This document shows positions 41,264 through 51,627 of a DNA stretch of 64,000 bases, one piece after another. The DNA is from Syntrophales bacterium (lineage in GTDB: Bacteria; Desulfobacterota; Syntrophia; Syntrophales; JACQWR01). The position numbers and the translations under genes are program-made. Under the pieces are notes generated by a model, which did not search any database, was not told where the DNA came from, and worked only from the letters and a program-made list of their open reading frames with translations. Location of the stretch: assembly GCA_049302035.1 (NCBI GenBank), contig JBAQLR010000132.1, positions 42,173 to 106,172 of the forward strand. The letters run 5' to 3'. How positions within the stretch are numbered: position 1 is the stretch's first letter; every line of letters starts with the position of its first letter.

Positions 41264-42582
41264 GGAGTAAAATGGGTTCACTCAAGGTAATAACCATGGC
41301 AACCGCTGTCGTCATGGTAAACTGTCTCCTATGCCCGCTCCTTTCTTTGGCTCAGCAAGCGCGGCCGATATTTGATGTCATAACTATCAATGCCGCCATA
41401 ACGCCGCCGGTTGCCCAGTACACCCTTGCCGGTATTGCCGCAGCAGAAAAAAGCGGTGCGGCCGGGCTGATTATTCTTCTTGATACGCCGGGCGGTCTGG
41501 ATACATCCATGCGGGAGATGGCCAAAGGCATCCTGAACGCTAAAGTTCCTGTGATTGTTTTTGTCTATCCACCCGGCGCCAGAGCGGCGTCTGCTGGAGT
41601 AATCATCACCGCAGCGGCACATATCGCTGTCATGGCACCCGGAACTAATATCGGCGCCGCTCATCCGGTGGCAATCGGTATCGGTGGCGCCATGGACAAG
41701 ACAATGGTGCTGAAAGTGGAAAATGACGCGGCGGCATATGTCCGGGCAATTGCCGAACAAAGGAAACGTAATGCCGACTGGCTGGAGAAAGCAGTGCGAA
41801 AAAGCGCCTCTATCACCGCTGAAGATGCTCTGCGCCATAGAGTCATAGATTTTGTAGCTGAAGATGTGCCAAAGCTCCTTGCAATGATTGACAAAAAGGA
41901 GGTAATGCTTTCCGGCGGCAAATCACCTGTGCTAATCAAAACGAGAGATGCGATCCTGAACGAAAAAGTTATGAGTCTGCGCCAGGAAATACTGACGGCG
42001 ATCAGCAATCCCAATGTCGCCTATATTCTCATGCTTCTGGGACTGGCGGGACTTTATTTTGAATTTACCAGTCCGGGAGCCCTGTTGCCTGGCATCATCG
42101 GCGGCATTTCCCTTCTCCTTGCTTTTTTTTCCCTGCAAACATTACCGGTGAATTATGCCGGCGTGCTTCTGATACTCTTTGCGGTCATTCTCTTTATCGC
42201 GGATATAAAAGTAATCAGCCATGGCGTGTTGTCGGTGGGAGGAATTGTTGCCCTGGTTCTAGGTTCAATGCTGCTCTTCGATTCGCCTGAACCAGCCATG
42301 CGTCTCTCCTGGGGGGTGTTGCTCGCATCCGTTGCCACGATATCATCATTTTTTATTGTGGTTGCAGTCATGGTGGTGAAGGCGCAGAAACGAAGACAAT
42401 ATTTTGGTGAAGAGGCCATGGTGGGCGAGGTAGGAGAGGCTGTTACCGATGTCCATGCAACGGGAACTGCCTTTATCAAGGGGGAATATTGGCAGGCTTA
42501 CAGCGATCAGCCTATAGTAAAAGGCAAGCGTGTCAGTGTGGTGAGTGTGGAAGGGATGACCCTTAAAGTAACCGCAAAATAA
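41260..42582 (+). CDS. NfeD-family membrane-bound ClpP-class serine protease
   Basis: Signal/TM, then a ClpP-like domain ([28 protein letters not shown]), four TM helices and a C-terminal OB-like NfeD domain (GEYWQAYSD). Start set to ATG 41260, overlapping the UDG stop (ATGA). The upstream part of the track ORF overlaps UDG out of frame. Confidence 0.85.
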   Translation: MRSKMGSLKVITMATAVVMVNCLLCPLLSLAQQARPIFDVITINAAITPPVAQYTLAGIAAAEKSGAAGLIILLDTPGGLDTSMREMAKGILNAKVPVIVFVYPPGARAASAGVIITAAAHIAVMAPGTNIGAAHPVAIGIGGAMDKTMVLKVENDAAAYVRAIAEQRKRNADWLEKAVRKSASITAEDALRHRVIDFVAEDVPKLLAMIDKKEVMLSGGKSPVLIKTRDAILNEKVMSLRQEILTAISNPNVAYILMLLGLAGLYFEFTSPGALLPGIIGGISLLLAFFSLQTLPVNYAGVLLILFAVILFIADIKVISHGVLSVGGIVALVLGSMLLFDSPEPAMRLSWGVLLASVATISSFFIVVAVMVVKAQKRRQYFGEEAMVGEVGEAVTDVHATGTAFIKGEYWQAYSDQPIVKGKRVSVVSVEGMTLKVTAK

Positions 42583-42592
42583 AGGAGGATTT

Positions 42593-43348
42593 ATGTCAGA
42601 ACTTATGCCGTTGGTGGTGGTAATATTTTTAGGCATCATGTTTTTATCGTCAGCCATCAAGATCTTAAATGAGTATGAACGCGGGGTCATATTCAGATTG
42701 GGAAGGGTTATCGGCGCCAAGGGACCGGGCCTGATTATTCTCATCCCCGTTGTTGACCGGATGGTGCGCGTGGACACCCGTACAATCACGATGGATGTCC
42801 CCCCCCAAGACGTTATTACCCGCGACAATGTATCCATCAAGGTAAACGCTGTCGTATATTTCCGCGTACTAAACGCCAATGATGCAGTTGTAAAAGTGGA
42901 AAATTATCTGTACGCTACCTCCCAGTTGGCCCAGACTACTTTACGGAGCATCTGCGGACAGTTTGAGCTAGATGAGATACTCTCCGCAAGGGACAAGATT
43001 AATGTTAATATTCAGGAAATTCTGGACAGAAGCACCGATTCCTGGGGTATCAAAGTCTCGCATGTGGAGGTAAAGCAGATAGATCTTCCTGAGGAAATGA
43101 AACGCGCTATTGCCAAGCAGGCGGAAGCGGAAAGGGAAAGACGGGCCAAGGTTATTGCTGCGGAAGGAGAATTTCAGGCAGCCCAGAAGCTGATAGAAGC
43201 TGCCGCCTTAATGGCTACGGAGCCTATTTCCCTGCAACTGCGTTATCTACAGACCTTAAATCAGATTGCTGCTGAGAATAACTCCACAACTATTTTCCCC
43301 GTCCCTATCGACATGTTGACACCCTTTCTCAAGCTGGCTCAGAAGTGA
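42593..43348 (+). CDS. SPFH/band-7 (stomatin-like) protein
   Basis: N-terminal TM, then [29 protein letters not shown] and a Glu/Ala-rich coiled C-terminus. It is the classic partner gene of NfeD. Confidence 0.9.
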   Translation: MSELMPLVVVIFLGIMFLSSAIKILNEYERGVIFRLGRVIGAKGPGLIILIPVVDRMVRVDTRTITMDVPPQDVITRDNVSIKVNAVVYFRVLNANDAVVKVENYLYATSQLAQTTLRSICGQFELDEILSARDKINVNIQEILDRSTDSWGIKVSHVEVKQIDLPEEMKRAIAKQAEAERERRAKVIAAEGEFQAAQKLIEAAALMATEPISLQLRYLQTLNQIAAENNSTTIFPVPIDMLTPFLKLAQK

Positions 43349-43399
43349 CGATGGGAAAAAATCTACCAACCTTCCCTCGGCAAAAAGCAGACAAAGTAA

Positions 43400-43948
43400 T
43401 TATTTGCCGGGGGAGGGAGAGATGCACTCTCTCAAGGCAAGACAAACCGAACAGTCGTGGTTGCTAATTACTGCACCAATGTGCAGTTCTTCTTCATAGT
43501 CGAATATCCGTTGTGAAAGGCACTCCAGGCGTATTGGCCAGTTGCATTGCGGCAAAGTGAAGATGACTGCGAACGTCTCGTCACAAAGAGTGTTGATCTC
43601 GATCTCTGAACTTTTCGAGACAGAAATTCTAATTCCGCCATGGGAGATATCTAAAATAGTGCCCTTAATCAAGTCGCGTGCTTGTAGATGCGACTTGCCG
43701 ATCAAGCATGCATAACCGGCATCCTTCCGTGCAAACCTGCGTCGTTTTTCGTCAGTATCTTTTAATGTCTTATTGTCCCTCAAATAATCGCGTATGATTG
43801 ATTCGATGACATAAGGCACGCTCCGATTGTCTTCCTCGGCAATTTTTTCCAGGGCCGTCCTTAACTCCGAATCCTCCAGAAAAGTGGGGGCGTTTTTGTC
43901 TTTAATCTCTGGTTTCCTTATTAATTTTCTTACGTCGGAACGCGGCAT
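43400..43948 (-). CDS. PilZ-domain c-di-GMP receptor with N-terminal ribbon-helix-helix-like segment
   Basis: PilZ motifs RRRFAR (RRxxxR) and, 25 aa later, DISHGG (DxSxxG). The N-terminal FLEDSELRTALEKIAEEDNRSVPYVIESIIRDYL fits the strand-helix-helix pattern of CopG/Arc RHH domains. AAGGAG lies 6 nt before the ATG. Confidence 0.75.
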   Translation of the reverse strand: MPRSDVRKLIRKPEIKDKNAPTFLEDSELRTALEKIAEEDNRSVPYVIESIIRDYLRDNKTLKDTDEKRRRFARKDAGYACLIGKSHLQARDLIKGTILDISHGGIRISVSKSSEIEINTLCDETFAVIFTLPQCNWPIRLECLSQRIFDYEEELHIGAVISNHDCSVCLALRECISPSPGK

Positions 43949-44013
43949 ATTCTTCTCCTTTTGGTAATTTTTCCAATCTGCGACACTGATTACCCAAGAA
44001 AACGACCTTTTAG

Positions 44014-45231
44014 CTAGGGGGCCAAACTCTGTTCCGCTCTTTCTGGAGCCGAAAGTTCTTCAATAATGCCTTCAAGTAATGCGGAAATGACCGAGAGATC
44101 CGAATCTTTGTCAATGTGAGGCAATATGTCAGGTTCAGGAAGTTCACCTTTTATTTCCTTATCCAGGACTTTGCAGAAAACGAGCATGATTTTATTGTCA
44201 AACTGGCTGTTTACGCATTTTTGCAATTCTTTGAGGGCAGATTGCACGTCCAGTTTTTTTCTGTATGGCCTCTGGGAAGTCATCGCATCAAACGAATCGG
44301 CGAGCGTTATAATTCTGACCCCATCGCTTATGGCCTCCCGTGCGAGCGCCTCAGGATACCCCTGGCCATCAAGACGTTCATGATGGTGCCAGACCATATC
44401 CGCTACATCTTTCCAGGGAAATGCTATCTTCGATGTGATGCTGTGAGAGAGTGTCGAGTGTTTTTTGATTTCAAAAAGTTCCATCGGCGTAAAAGGGGTG
44501 GTTTTGTTCAAAAGGTCGTTGCTAATCGCCAATTTACCGACATCGTGCAGGTAACCGGCAACGTAGATGCCTTCTATGTCATGCTCACTCCACCCGAGTT
44601 CCCGCGCTATGGCGGTGGCATATTTCGCAACCCGATGGGAGTGATTTTTTGTGTAGGCGTCTTTAGCGTCTATCGCTGCGGCGAATGCCTGGAGCGTGCC
44701 GCGATAGATGTGCCTCATTTCTTCGTAAAGCTTGCGGTTTTCTTCGAGCTTTTCCGTAATATCCATAAAAAGGGAGTGATTATTGAGTGTTATGGCTATC
44801 TGGTTTGCTATGACATTTAATAGTTCAAAGTCATCTGTCGTGTAAGGGGAGGCGTTAAACTTGCTGCTGAGGATGAGCGCACCAATCAACTCATCCCTTA
44901 CCCAGAGGGGAGCCAATATTTCAGCATCAGCAACTGCGAAGAGCGGGTATTCTCCTATGCAACACGGTTTGTTCTTGCCGAGCAACATGAGATCTTCCGG
45001 ATGTATCCTGTCCAAATCCGCCGCTGCAAAACCCTTTTGCGTTAATGTGCTTAGCTTTTTCGTCGATTTGTCATAAAAAAGTATCGCGCCTTTATTCGCC
45101 AGAAATGTGCCTGTAATTACATAAAAAGCTGCTTGTATCTTTTCGCGAAAATTATTTAAGGACGTTATTTCCTGCCCAAGATCGGCCAGAGCTGCTATAT
45201 TATAGAGCGCCCGTTTAAGTTCAGTACTCAT
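44014..45231 (-). CDS. GAF-domain HD-GYP c-di-GMP phosphodiesterase
   Basis: A GAF-like N-terminal half, then HSHRVAKYA, GYLHDVGK and HHERLDGQGYP (HD-GYP signature). Its start overlaps the STAS stop by 4 nt. Confidence 0.88.
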   Translation of the reverse strand: MSTELKRALYNIAALADLGQEITSLNNFREKIQAAFYVITGTFLANKGAILFYDKSTKKLSTLTQKGFAAADLDRIHPEDLMLLGKNKPCCIGEYPLFAVADAEILAPLWVRDELIGALILSSKFNASPYTTDDFELLNVIANQIAITLNNHSLFMDITEKLEENRKLYEEMRHIYRGTLQAFAAAIDAKDAYTKNHSHRVAKYATAIARELGWSEHDIEGIYVAGYLHDVGKLAISNDLLNKTTPFTPMELFEIKKHSTLSHSITSKIAFPWKDVADMVWHHHERLDGQGYPEALAREAISDGVRIITLADSFDAMTSQRPYRKKLDVQSALKELQKCVNSQFDNKIMLVFCKVLDKEIKGELPEPDILPHIDKDSDLSVISALLEGIIEELSAPERAEQSLAP

Positions 45232-45590
45232 TCGCCCCCGGCTGTCAGGTATTTTAATGCATCCTTTTCACCTTGAAAAACGTGCATATGCTGCAAAAGA
45301 CCTAGCATTTTGAATGTCTCGCTGAGAAACTTGGACATATTTGTGCAGCAAATAGTACCTTTGATGTTCCTAAGGTCTTCAATTATCTGGAGCAGCAACG
45401 ATATGCCAATAGAATTTACCAAGTCTGTTTCGCTGAAATTTACGACGACTTTTGTGATGCCTTTTGAGATGTAAAGACCGCATTCCTTAACAAGACTTTC
45501 GCCCGATAGATTGTTCAGGTATCCTACTGGGTAAATAATGGCGGCATCGCCACATAGTTTCGAATGAACGCTGAATTGAGCCGACTTCAT
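45228..45590 (-). CDS. STAS-domain anti-sigma-factor-antagonist-like protein
   Basis: 120 aa with SpoIIAA/RsbV-like layout. The conserved serine is present in NFSETDLVNSIGISLLLQ, where DSSG sits in SpoIIAA. Confidence 0.8.
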   Translation of the reverse strand: MKSAQFSVHSKLCGDAAIIYPVGYLNNLSGESLVKECGLYISKGITKVVVNFSETDLVNSIGISLLLQIIEDLRNIKGTICCTNMSKFLSETFKMLGLLQHMHVFQGEKDALKYLTAGGE

Positions 45591-45610
45591 TTAATCACCT
45601 CGTGTATTGT

Positions 45611-47281
45611 TTACAGCTCTGTCCAAATTTCCGGGTCATCGATGCCCCCATGGATTTCTTTAGTTATCGTCACCCTTGTCCTGTCCTTAATCCGTTCGAC
45701 CTTTACATCATCCATAATTTCGCGAACAAGCTTATATCCCCAACCTCTTTTCATGCCTGTCCGTAGTTTTTCCTCCACGGGGACATCCGTTAGCGAATCT
45801 AGCGAGAAAGGCTTGCCGGAGTTCTCTATGATGATTTTTAGTCTGTCCGGTCTCGTGATGAATTTAAGGTAAACTTTTTTTTCGTAACTTCCGCTGTGCT
45901 CGATGGCATTGATGCAAACCTCAATCAATGCCAGTTGTAAAAAATTCAGGAACTCGTCATCGAGATGAATGTTTTTGCCGATTTGTTCGACAGCTTTGGC
46001 AACCACAAGCTCCGCATTTTCATCCATCGGAATCGTCATTTCGAAACACGATTCTTCCTCTGCAACAATATGTCTTGCTAGTATTTTTTCCCTTGCATAA
46101 TCGGAAGTTCTGCCCTCAATTTCCTCCATGTAACGGCAGCGTATGAAATCCCTGCTTACCTCATCCTCATACCTAACTATACCGGAGCCATTTATGGCGC
46201 CGAGGGCGGCAACTGTCTCGGTCTCGCACAATCCCAACACTTTTGCAAGTCTCTTGCTGTCACCGATTACCCCGTTCTCGATAAAGTGCATCAGGATTGT
46301 CAGGACTGTCTTTAGCAGCCCCGTGTCGTTGTTGACAAAACGGTACAGTGTGGAGTACCAATAGAACGAAGTTTCACCCTCAGAAATGTCAAAGCAGTAA
46401 CACTCCCTCAGATCATTTTCATCAATATCTTTTTTTTGCATTTTCCAGGCGGCCTTAACGATGTTTCTGATGTACAAGGGATTTCCCCTCAATAAACTCA
46501 GAAACTTGAGCTGCGCCGCGGGGATACAGTTTATTCCCAGTTTCTCTGTATGCGACCTGAAAAGAGCGGTGGCCATGTCTTTTGGAAGGGGGCCTAGGCG
46601 CATCCGCTCTGTCATTCCAATAAGAGAATGGTCAGTAAAAATCTTTTCAAGAACTCCGACCGCTCCGGTAATAATATAAGGACAGCGACTATGCCTCATC
46701 GATTCCCCGAAGAGGCTTGTCAGACCATGCGCATCACCAACGGTCGATTCATAGAGGTGTTCAGATGCATCAAAGTCATCAAGGAGGATGATAACCGATT
46801 TTCCACTTTTTTCAGCTACGATGGCTGGCGCTGATATGGCAGCCATAATCTGCCAGTAAATATCATTATTGTTTACGTGCTCCTGAAAGTCTTCGATGCA
46901 ATCGCTTAGCCAGGGCAAGCCGAGTGAAGAAATTATTGGCAAAAGACGATGGAGCGGTTCGGCTACACTATTGGCGAAGGCTGACTCCTTTTTTAAAAAG
47001 GAAATATATTGCTTTATAAACCTGGTAAAATAGTCCTTTGCGAAATATGCACCCTTGCTATTTGCTGTTCTGAAGGAATAGTAAAAGGGCGCAATTTCAT
47101 CTTCACGGAAGAAAGAGCAGTGCAACTGCTTCAGCATTTCCGTTTTGCCTATACCGCCAGCACCCTCGAGAAACACATTTCCCCCCAAAGCGCTATTCTT
47201 TAGCTTTGGCAGTGATTTTAGGTAATTAAGCTCGTATCCCCTGTTCAGGAAATCATCTCTAGTTAGCGTATTAAAGGGCAC
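45611..47281 (-). CDS. P-loop NTPase (AAA_16/STAND-like) fused to an RsbW/SpoIIAB-type serine kinase (GHKL ATPase)
   Basis: Walker A GAGGIGKTE and Walker B-like VIILLDDFD in the N-terminal half. The last 130 aa or so carry the N box LIEVCINAIEH, G1 ENSGKPF and G2 KRGWGYKL. GTG start. Confidence 0.8.
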   Translation of the reverse strand: MPFNTLTRDDFLNRGYELNYLKSLPKLKNSALGGNVFLEGAGGIGKTEMLKQLHCSFFREDEIAPFYYSFRTANSKGAYFAKDYFTRFIKQYISFLKKESAFANSVAEPLHRLLPIISSLGLPWLSDCIEDFQEHVNNNDIYWQIMAAISAPAIVAEKSGKSVIILLDDFDASEHLYESTVGDAHGLTSLFGESMRHSRCPYIITGAVGVLEKIFTDHSLIGMTERMRLGPLPKDMATALFRSHTEKLGINCIPAAQLKFLSLLRGNPLYIRNIVKAAWKMQKKDIDENDLRECYCFDISEGETSFYWYSTLYRFVNNDTGLLKTVLTILMHFIENGVIGDSKRLAKVLGLCETETVAALGAINGSGIVRYEDEVSRDFIRCRYMEEIEGRTSDYAREKILARHIVAEEESCFEMTIPMDENAELVVAKAVEQIGKNIHLDDEFLNFLQLALIEVCINAIEHSGSYEKKVYLKFITRPDRLKIIIENSGKPFSLDSLTDVPVEEKLRTGMKRGWGYKLVREIMDDVKVERIKDRTRVTITKEIHGGIDDPEIWTEL

Positions 47282-47569
47282 AGGCAGCTCTCACTCCTAA
47301 AGTTTGCCAAGTCGAACGCCTGACGGCAGGCTCAACACGATGCGATTCACAATCCACCATGGGTACCAATATCATAAAAGAGAATGTATAACCTCTGCAC
47401 GTATAATGGAAAGAGGTGTATGTGTCAAGGAAAACGGGAAAATAGGCTGACATGAAGAAAAAGTTTAGTTGACAGATTACAATAAATAGGTGAGTTGCAG
47501 CTTCTCAGTAATTCTCGTAAGGCGCAAATTCAAAAATGCTGCAATAAAAAATTGTCGGAGTAAGGTTTT

Positions 47570-48349
47570 ATGCTTAAAAAGCTTATCCATTATGAAAAGT
47601 CGGATGCCGGACTGTTAAGGCAAAATAATGAGGATCATTTTATTGTTTTCGATCAATACTCCAGAGAGTATGACTTGCAGCAACTGGGGATGATATTTGT
47701 TATTGCCGATGGCATGGGCGGCCATCTTGCCGGAGAAGTAGCAAGCAGGATGGCTTGCGAAGAGGTTGTTGCCGCATATTATGGCAAATATTTTAACATC
47801 CCAGATGACGCCGAAGACGGCGAATGGCAGATGGACAAATTGGAGAAGGCCATCTGGGCTGCTCATAAGAAATTAATCAATTTCGCCGCAGAACAGAAAG
47901 AACTGCGTGGAATGGGTACGACGCTGTCTGCTTTGGTCCTTGCTAATGATAAGGCCCTCATCGCACATGTTGGGGATAGCCGTATATATCGCTACCGAAA
48001 TAATTTCTGTGAAAGAGTGACCGTCGATCATACGAAGAATCAGGCAATGATCGACACAGGCCAAATTCTGCCGGACCGTGAAAAAAACCATTTTTGTAGC
48101 CATATAATAACTCAAGCTTTAGGTGGTTATAACGACTTGGATGCCGTCTTTACCAGGTTGGATGACGTACAGGATGGGGATGTATTTCTTCTTTCGACTG
48201 ATGGCCTCCATGACCTTGTTACAGATAGGGAAATTCAGGAAATACTGATGAATAACCCCGTGCCTCAGTCAGCTTGCGACGCATTGGTGCAGGCAGCAAT
48301 AAACAAAGGCGGGCATGATAATATAACCGTTATCGTAGTAAAGATATAA
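47570..48349 (+). CDS. PP2C-family serine/threonine phosphatase
   Basis: GLLRQNNEDHF, ADGMGGHLAGEVAS, STDGLHD and GGHDNITVIVVKI motifs are present. Confidence 0.9.
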   Translation: MLKKLIHYEKSDAGLLRQNNEDHFIVFDQYSREYDLQQLGMIFVIADGMGGHLAGEVASRMACEEVVAAYYGKYFNIPDDAEDGEWQMDKLEKAIWAAHKKLINFAAEQKELRGMGTTLSALVLANDKALIAHVGDSRIYRYRNNFCERVTVDHTKNQAMIDTGQILPDREKNHFCSHIITQALGGYNDLDAVFTRLDDVQDGDVFLLSTDGLHDLVTDREIQEILMNNPVPQSACDALVQAAINKGGHDNITVIVVKI

Positions 48350-48359
48350 GCTATTTTCC

Positions 48360-48388
48360 TTGACACGCTTCTTCCTTTTTCATATGAT
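48360..48388 (+). promoter_or_regulatory. sigma-70-type promoter upstream of the zinc-ribbon gene
   Basis: TTGACA (48360-48365), a 17-nt spacer, then TATGAT (48383-48388). It starts 11 nt after the PP2C stop. Confidence 0.45.
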
Positions 48389-48435
48389 TCGGCCGGGAAG
48401 GAACAATTTCCGCAAATTCACCAAAAGGTTGGGAT

Positions 48436-49011
48436 ATGGGCACAGTCGATCTGGCAGATGTAAATATTGCGTATGAGGGGGAGATGCTTTCCGTTATCGA
48501 TTTGGTAGGCAAATTGCGTGGACAGCTAAATGATGCTTCGGCCCGGTTGGCTGCCGTCACCACAGCCCTAGGAGACCTCCAAGCGACTTTAGTTGATTCT
48601 CATACTGTTGAATTAAAGCTAACGCTTTCCTCTGAAGATTATGGCAAGATCAAATCCCTTGCGGGCGTTGATGACAGCGACCGTATCCGTAAGGTCATTA
48701 TGTCTGTGATTCATCCGGCAAAGGCGGATAATGCTTATGAGTCTGTTGAGTGCAGAGCAGCGGAAGAAGTGACGGAAACTATGAATCATGCGGCGCAGAT
48801 ATCGCCTCAAGTTGAACATTTTTCACAGGCATACACACACCGCTCTGAAAATAAAGGAAAAAAGAAATTAACCACCAATTGTCCCAAATGTCAGGCCCCG
48901 ATCGATTTGCCGGATGACTTAAACGATCAATGGCCTGTAGAGGTCAAATGCAGCAAATGTGGTGTCAAGTGTTTGGCAAAGTCCAAAAGCGCAAGCGGCG
49001 TAAGGAACTAA
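48436..49011 (+). CDS. hypothetical protein with C-terminal zinc ribbon
   Basis: 191 aa with a helical N-terminal part and an acidic linker, then CPKC..(22 aa)..CSKC. No family recognised. Confidence 0.55.
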   Translation: MGTVDLADVNIAYEGEMLSVIDLVGKLRGQLNDASARLAAVTTALGDLQATLVDSHTVELKLTLSSEDYGKIKSLAGVDDSDRIRKVIMSVIHPAKADNAYESVECRAAEEVTETMNHAAQISPQVEHFSQAYTHRSENKGKKKLTTNCPKCQAPIDLPDDLNDQWPVEVKCSKCGVKCLAKSKSASGVRN

Positions 49012-49051
49012 CTGATAAAGTTGGTATGCGCAACGTCTTTTTAGAGCGGAG

Positions 49052-50350
<1,299 letters not shown>

Positions 50351-50701
50351 CTACTCTCCCTTTTTGCTAAATTACTCCGCATGTTAGGGGCTACGCCAAA
50401 CTGTCCAATAAATACATCTGCCGTAAACACCGTAAAATCCATCGTAAGCTAAAACATTTCCCAACATTTGGCAAGAATATTTCTAATGGGATATGGTTAT
50501 AGTTTTTAATAACCTCACCCCACTCAAGACTGAATCCTTGCCTGGGATAAATTTACGATGGCGATTTTCGCGCCGCCTTATAGCTATTTTAAAAACCTAA
50601 AAAACTTGACAACATCACGGAAGAATTGTAAGGCGAGACTCCCATGTACCGGGCTTCATAACCGAAAACAAAGTTTATCATAATTGAAGAGATAGGGGCT
50701 G

Positions 50702-51481
50702 ATGATGGGTTATACCACCTTGATATACGGTAAGGACAAAGGCGTAGGAACCATAACTTTGAATCGTCCCGAGCAGAAAAACGCGATCAATGATGTGATG
50801 ATCATGGAATTATCCGCTTTAATCAAGGAAGTCGCCCTGGATGACGATGTTCGGGTGGTGGTCGTGACGGGCGGCACGGATTATTTCGCCGCCGGGGCGG
50901 ATATTAATCTCCTTGACAAGCTCCCTTCACCCATGAAGGCTTATGATTTCAGCCGCACCAGCCCTATTTCCGATCTCGACAAACTGGAAAAACCGGTGAT
51001 TGCGGCTATTAGCGGTTTTTGTCTCGGAGGCGGACTTGAACTGGCCCTGGCATGTGATTTGAGAATCGCGTCGGATACCTCCCTTTTGGGGCAGCCGGAG
51101 ATAAACCTGGGCATTATTCCCGGTTCGGGCGGCACACAGAGGTTATTGCGCCTGGTAGGTATAACCAAGGCTAAGGAATTGCTTTTTACGGGAGATTTGA
51201 TCAAGGCTGAGGAAGCCTGCCGTATTGGGCTGGTAAACAAGGTAGTTCCCGTTGACGTGTTAATGGCCGAGGTGGCCAAGATAGCGGCTAAGATTGCCGC
51301 AAAGCCTGCTATGGCCTTGAAAGTTACCAAGATGCTGATAAACACCGGCAGCAACGTGGATTTGGAATCAGGCCTCAGACTTGAGTCTCAGGCCTTCGCG
51401 CTGCTTTTTTCCACTGAAGATGAGAAAGAGGGCGTAGGGGCATTTCTGGAGAAAAGGCCGCCTGCTTTTAAGGGAAGATAG
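50702..51481 (+). CDS. enoyl-CoA hydratase (crotonase family)
   Basis: NRPEQKNAI, FAAGADI, GFCLGGGLELALACD and GEKEGVGAFLEKR-like motifs are present. Confidence 0.88.
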   Translation: MMGYTTLIYGKDKGVGTITLNRPEQKNAINDVMIMELSALIKEVALDDDVRVVVVTGGTDYFAAGADINLLDKLPSPMKAYDFSRTSPISDLDKLEKPVIAAISGFCLGGGLELALACDLRIASDTSLLGQPEINLGIIPGSGGTQRLLRLVGITKAKELLFTGDLIKAEEACRIGLVNKVVPVDVLMAEVAKIAAKIAAKPAMALKVTKMLINTGSNVDLESGLRLESQAFALLFSTEDEKEGVGAFLEKRPPAFKGR

Positions 51482-51627
51482 ATAAACCATAAGAAATCTG
51501 TGCGCATTGTTAAGTCTAAGACGGAATGTTTGAAAAGATTTATGAATAAAATGACCATAGCTAATGGCAAGGTCGTCATAACTGGCAGGGCAATGAGAAA
51601 ATGTCCTGTCCTTTGGGAGGCAAGCGG

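Noticed and set aside
42346-42879. 177-aa antisense ORF spanning the nfeD-SPFH junction
   Set aside because: It overlaps two well-supported sense genes and has no motifs.
43370-43417. Imperfect 15-bp hairpin (13/15 paired, 18-nt loop) between the SPFH and PilZ genes
   Set aside because: Mismatches, a long loop and no clear U-tract on either strand. It also overlaps the PilZ stop region. At best it is a weak bidirectional terminator.
44116-44820. 234-aa plus-strand ORF opposite the HD-GYP gene
   Set aside because: It has no motifs, while the opposite strand carries complete GAF and HD-GYP signatures.
47400-47428. Candidate minus-strand promoter TTGACA-N17-TATACG for the kinase operon, and a plus-strand TATAAT at 47402-47407
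   Set aside because: The -10 lacks the conserved final T. The plus-strand TATAAT has no acceptable -35 or TG extension. Both are plausible but not supportable without mapping data.
50469-50483. Sigma-54-like element TGGCAAG-AATA-TTTC upstream of the crotonase gene
   Set aside because: The -12 element lacks the near-invariant GC (TTTC instead of TTGC), and it lies about 220 nt from the start codon. It is not supported without a PWM score.
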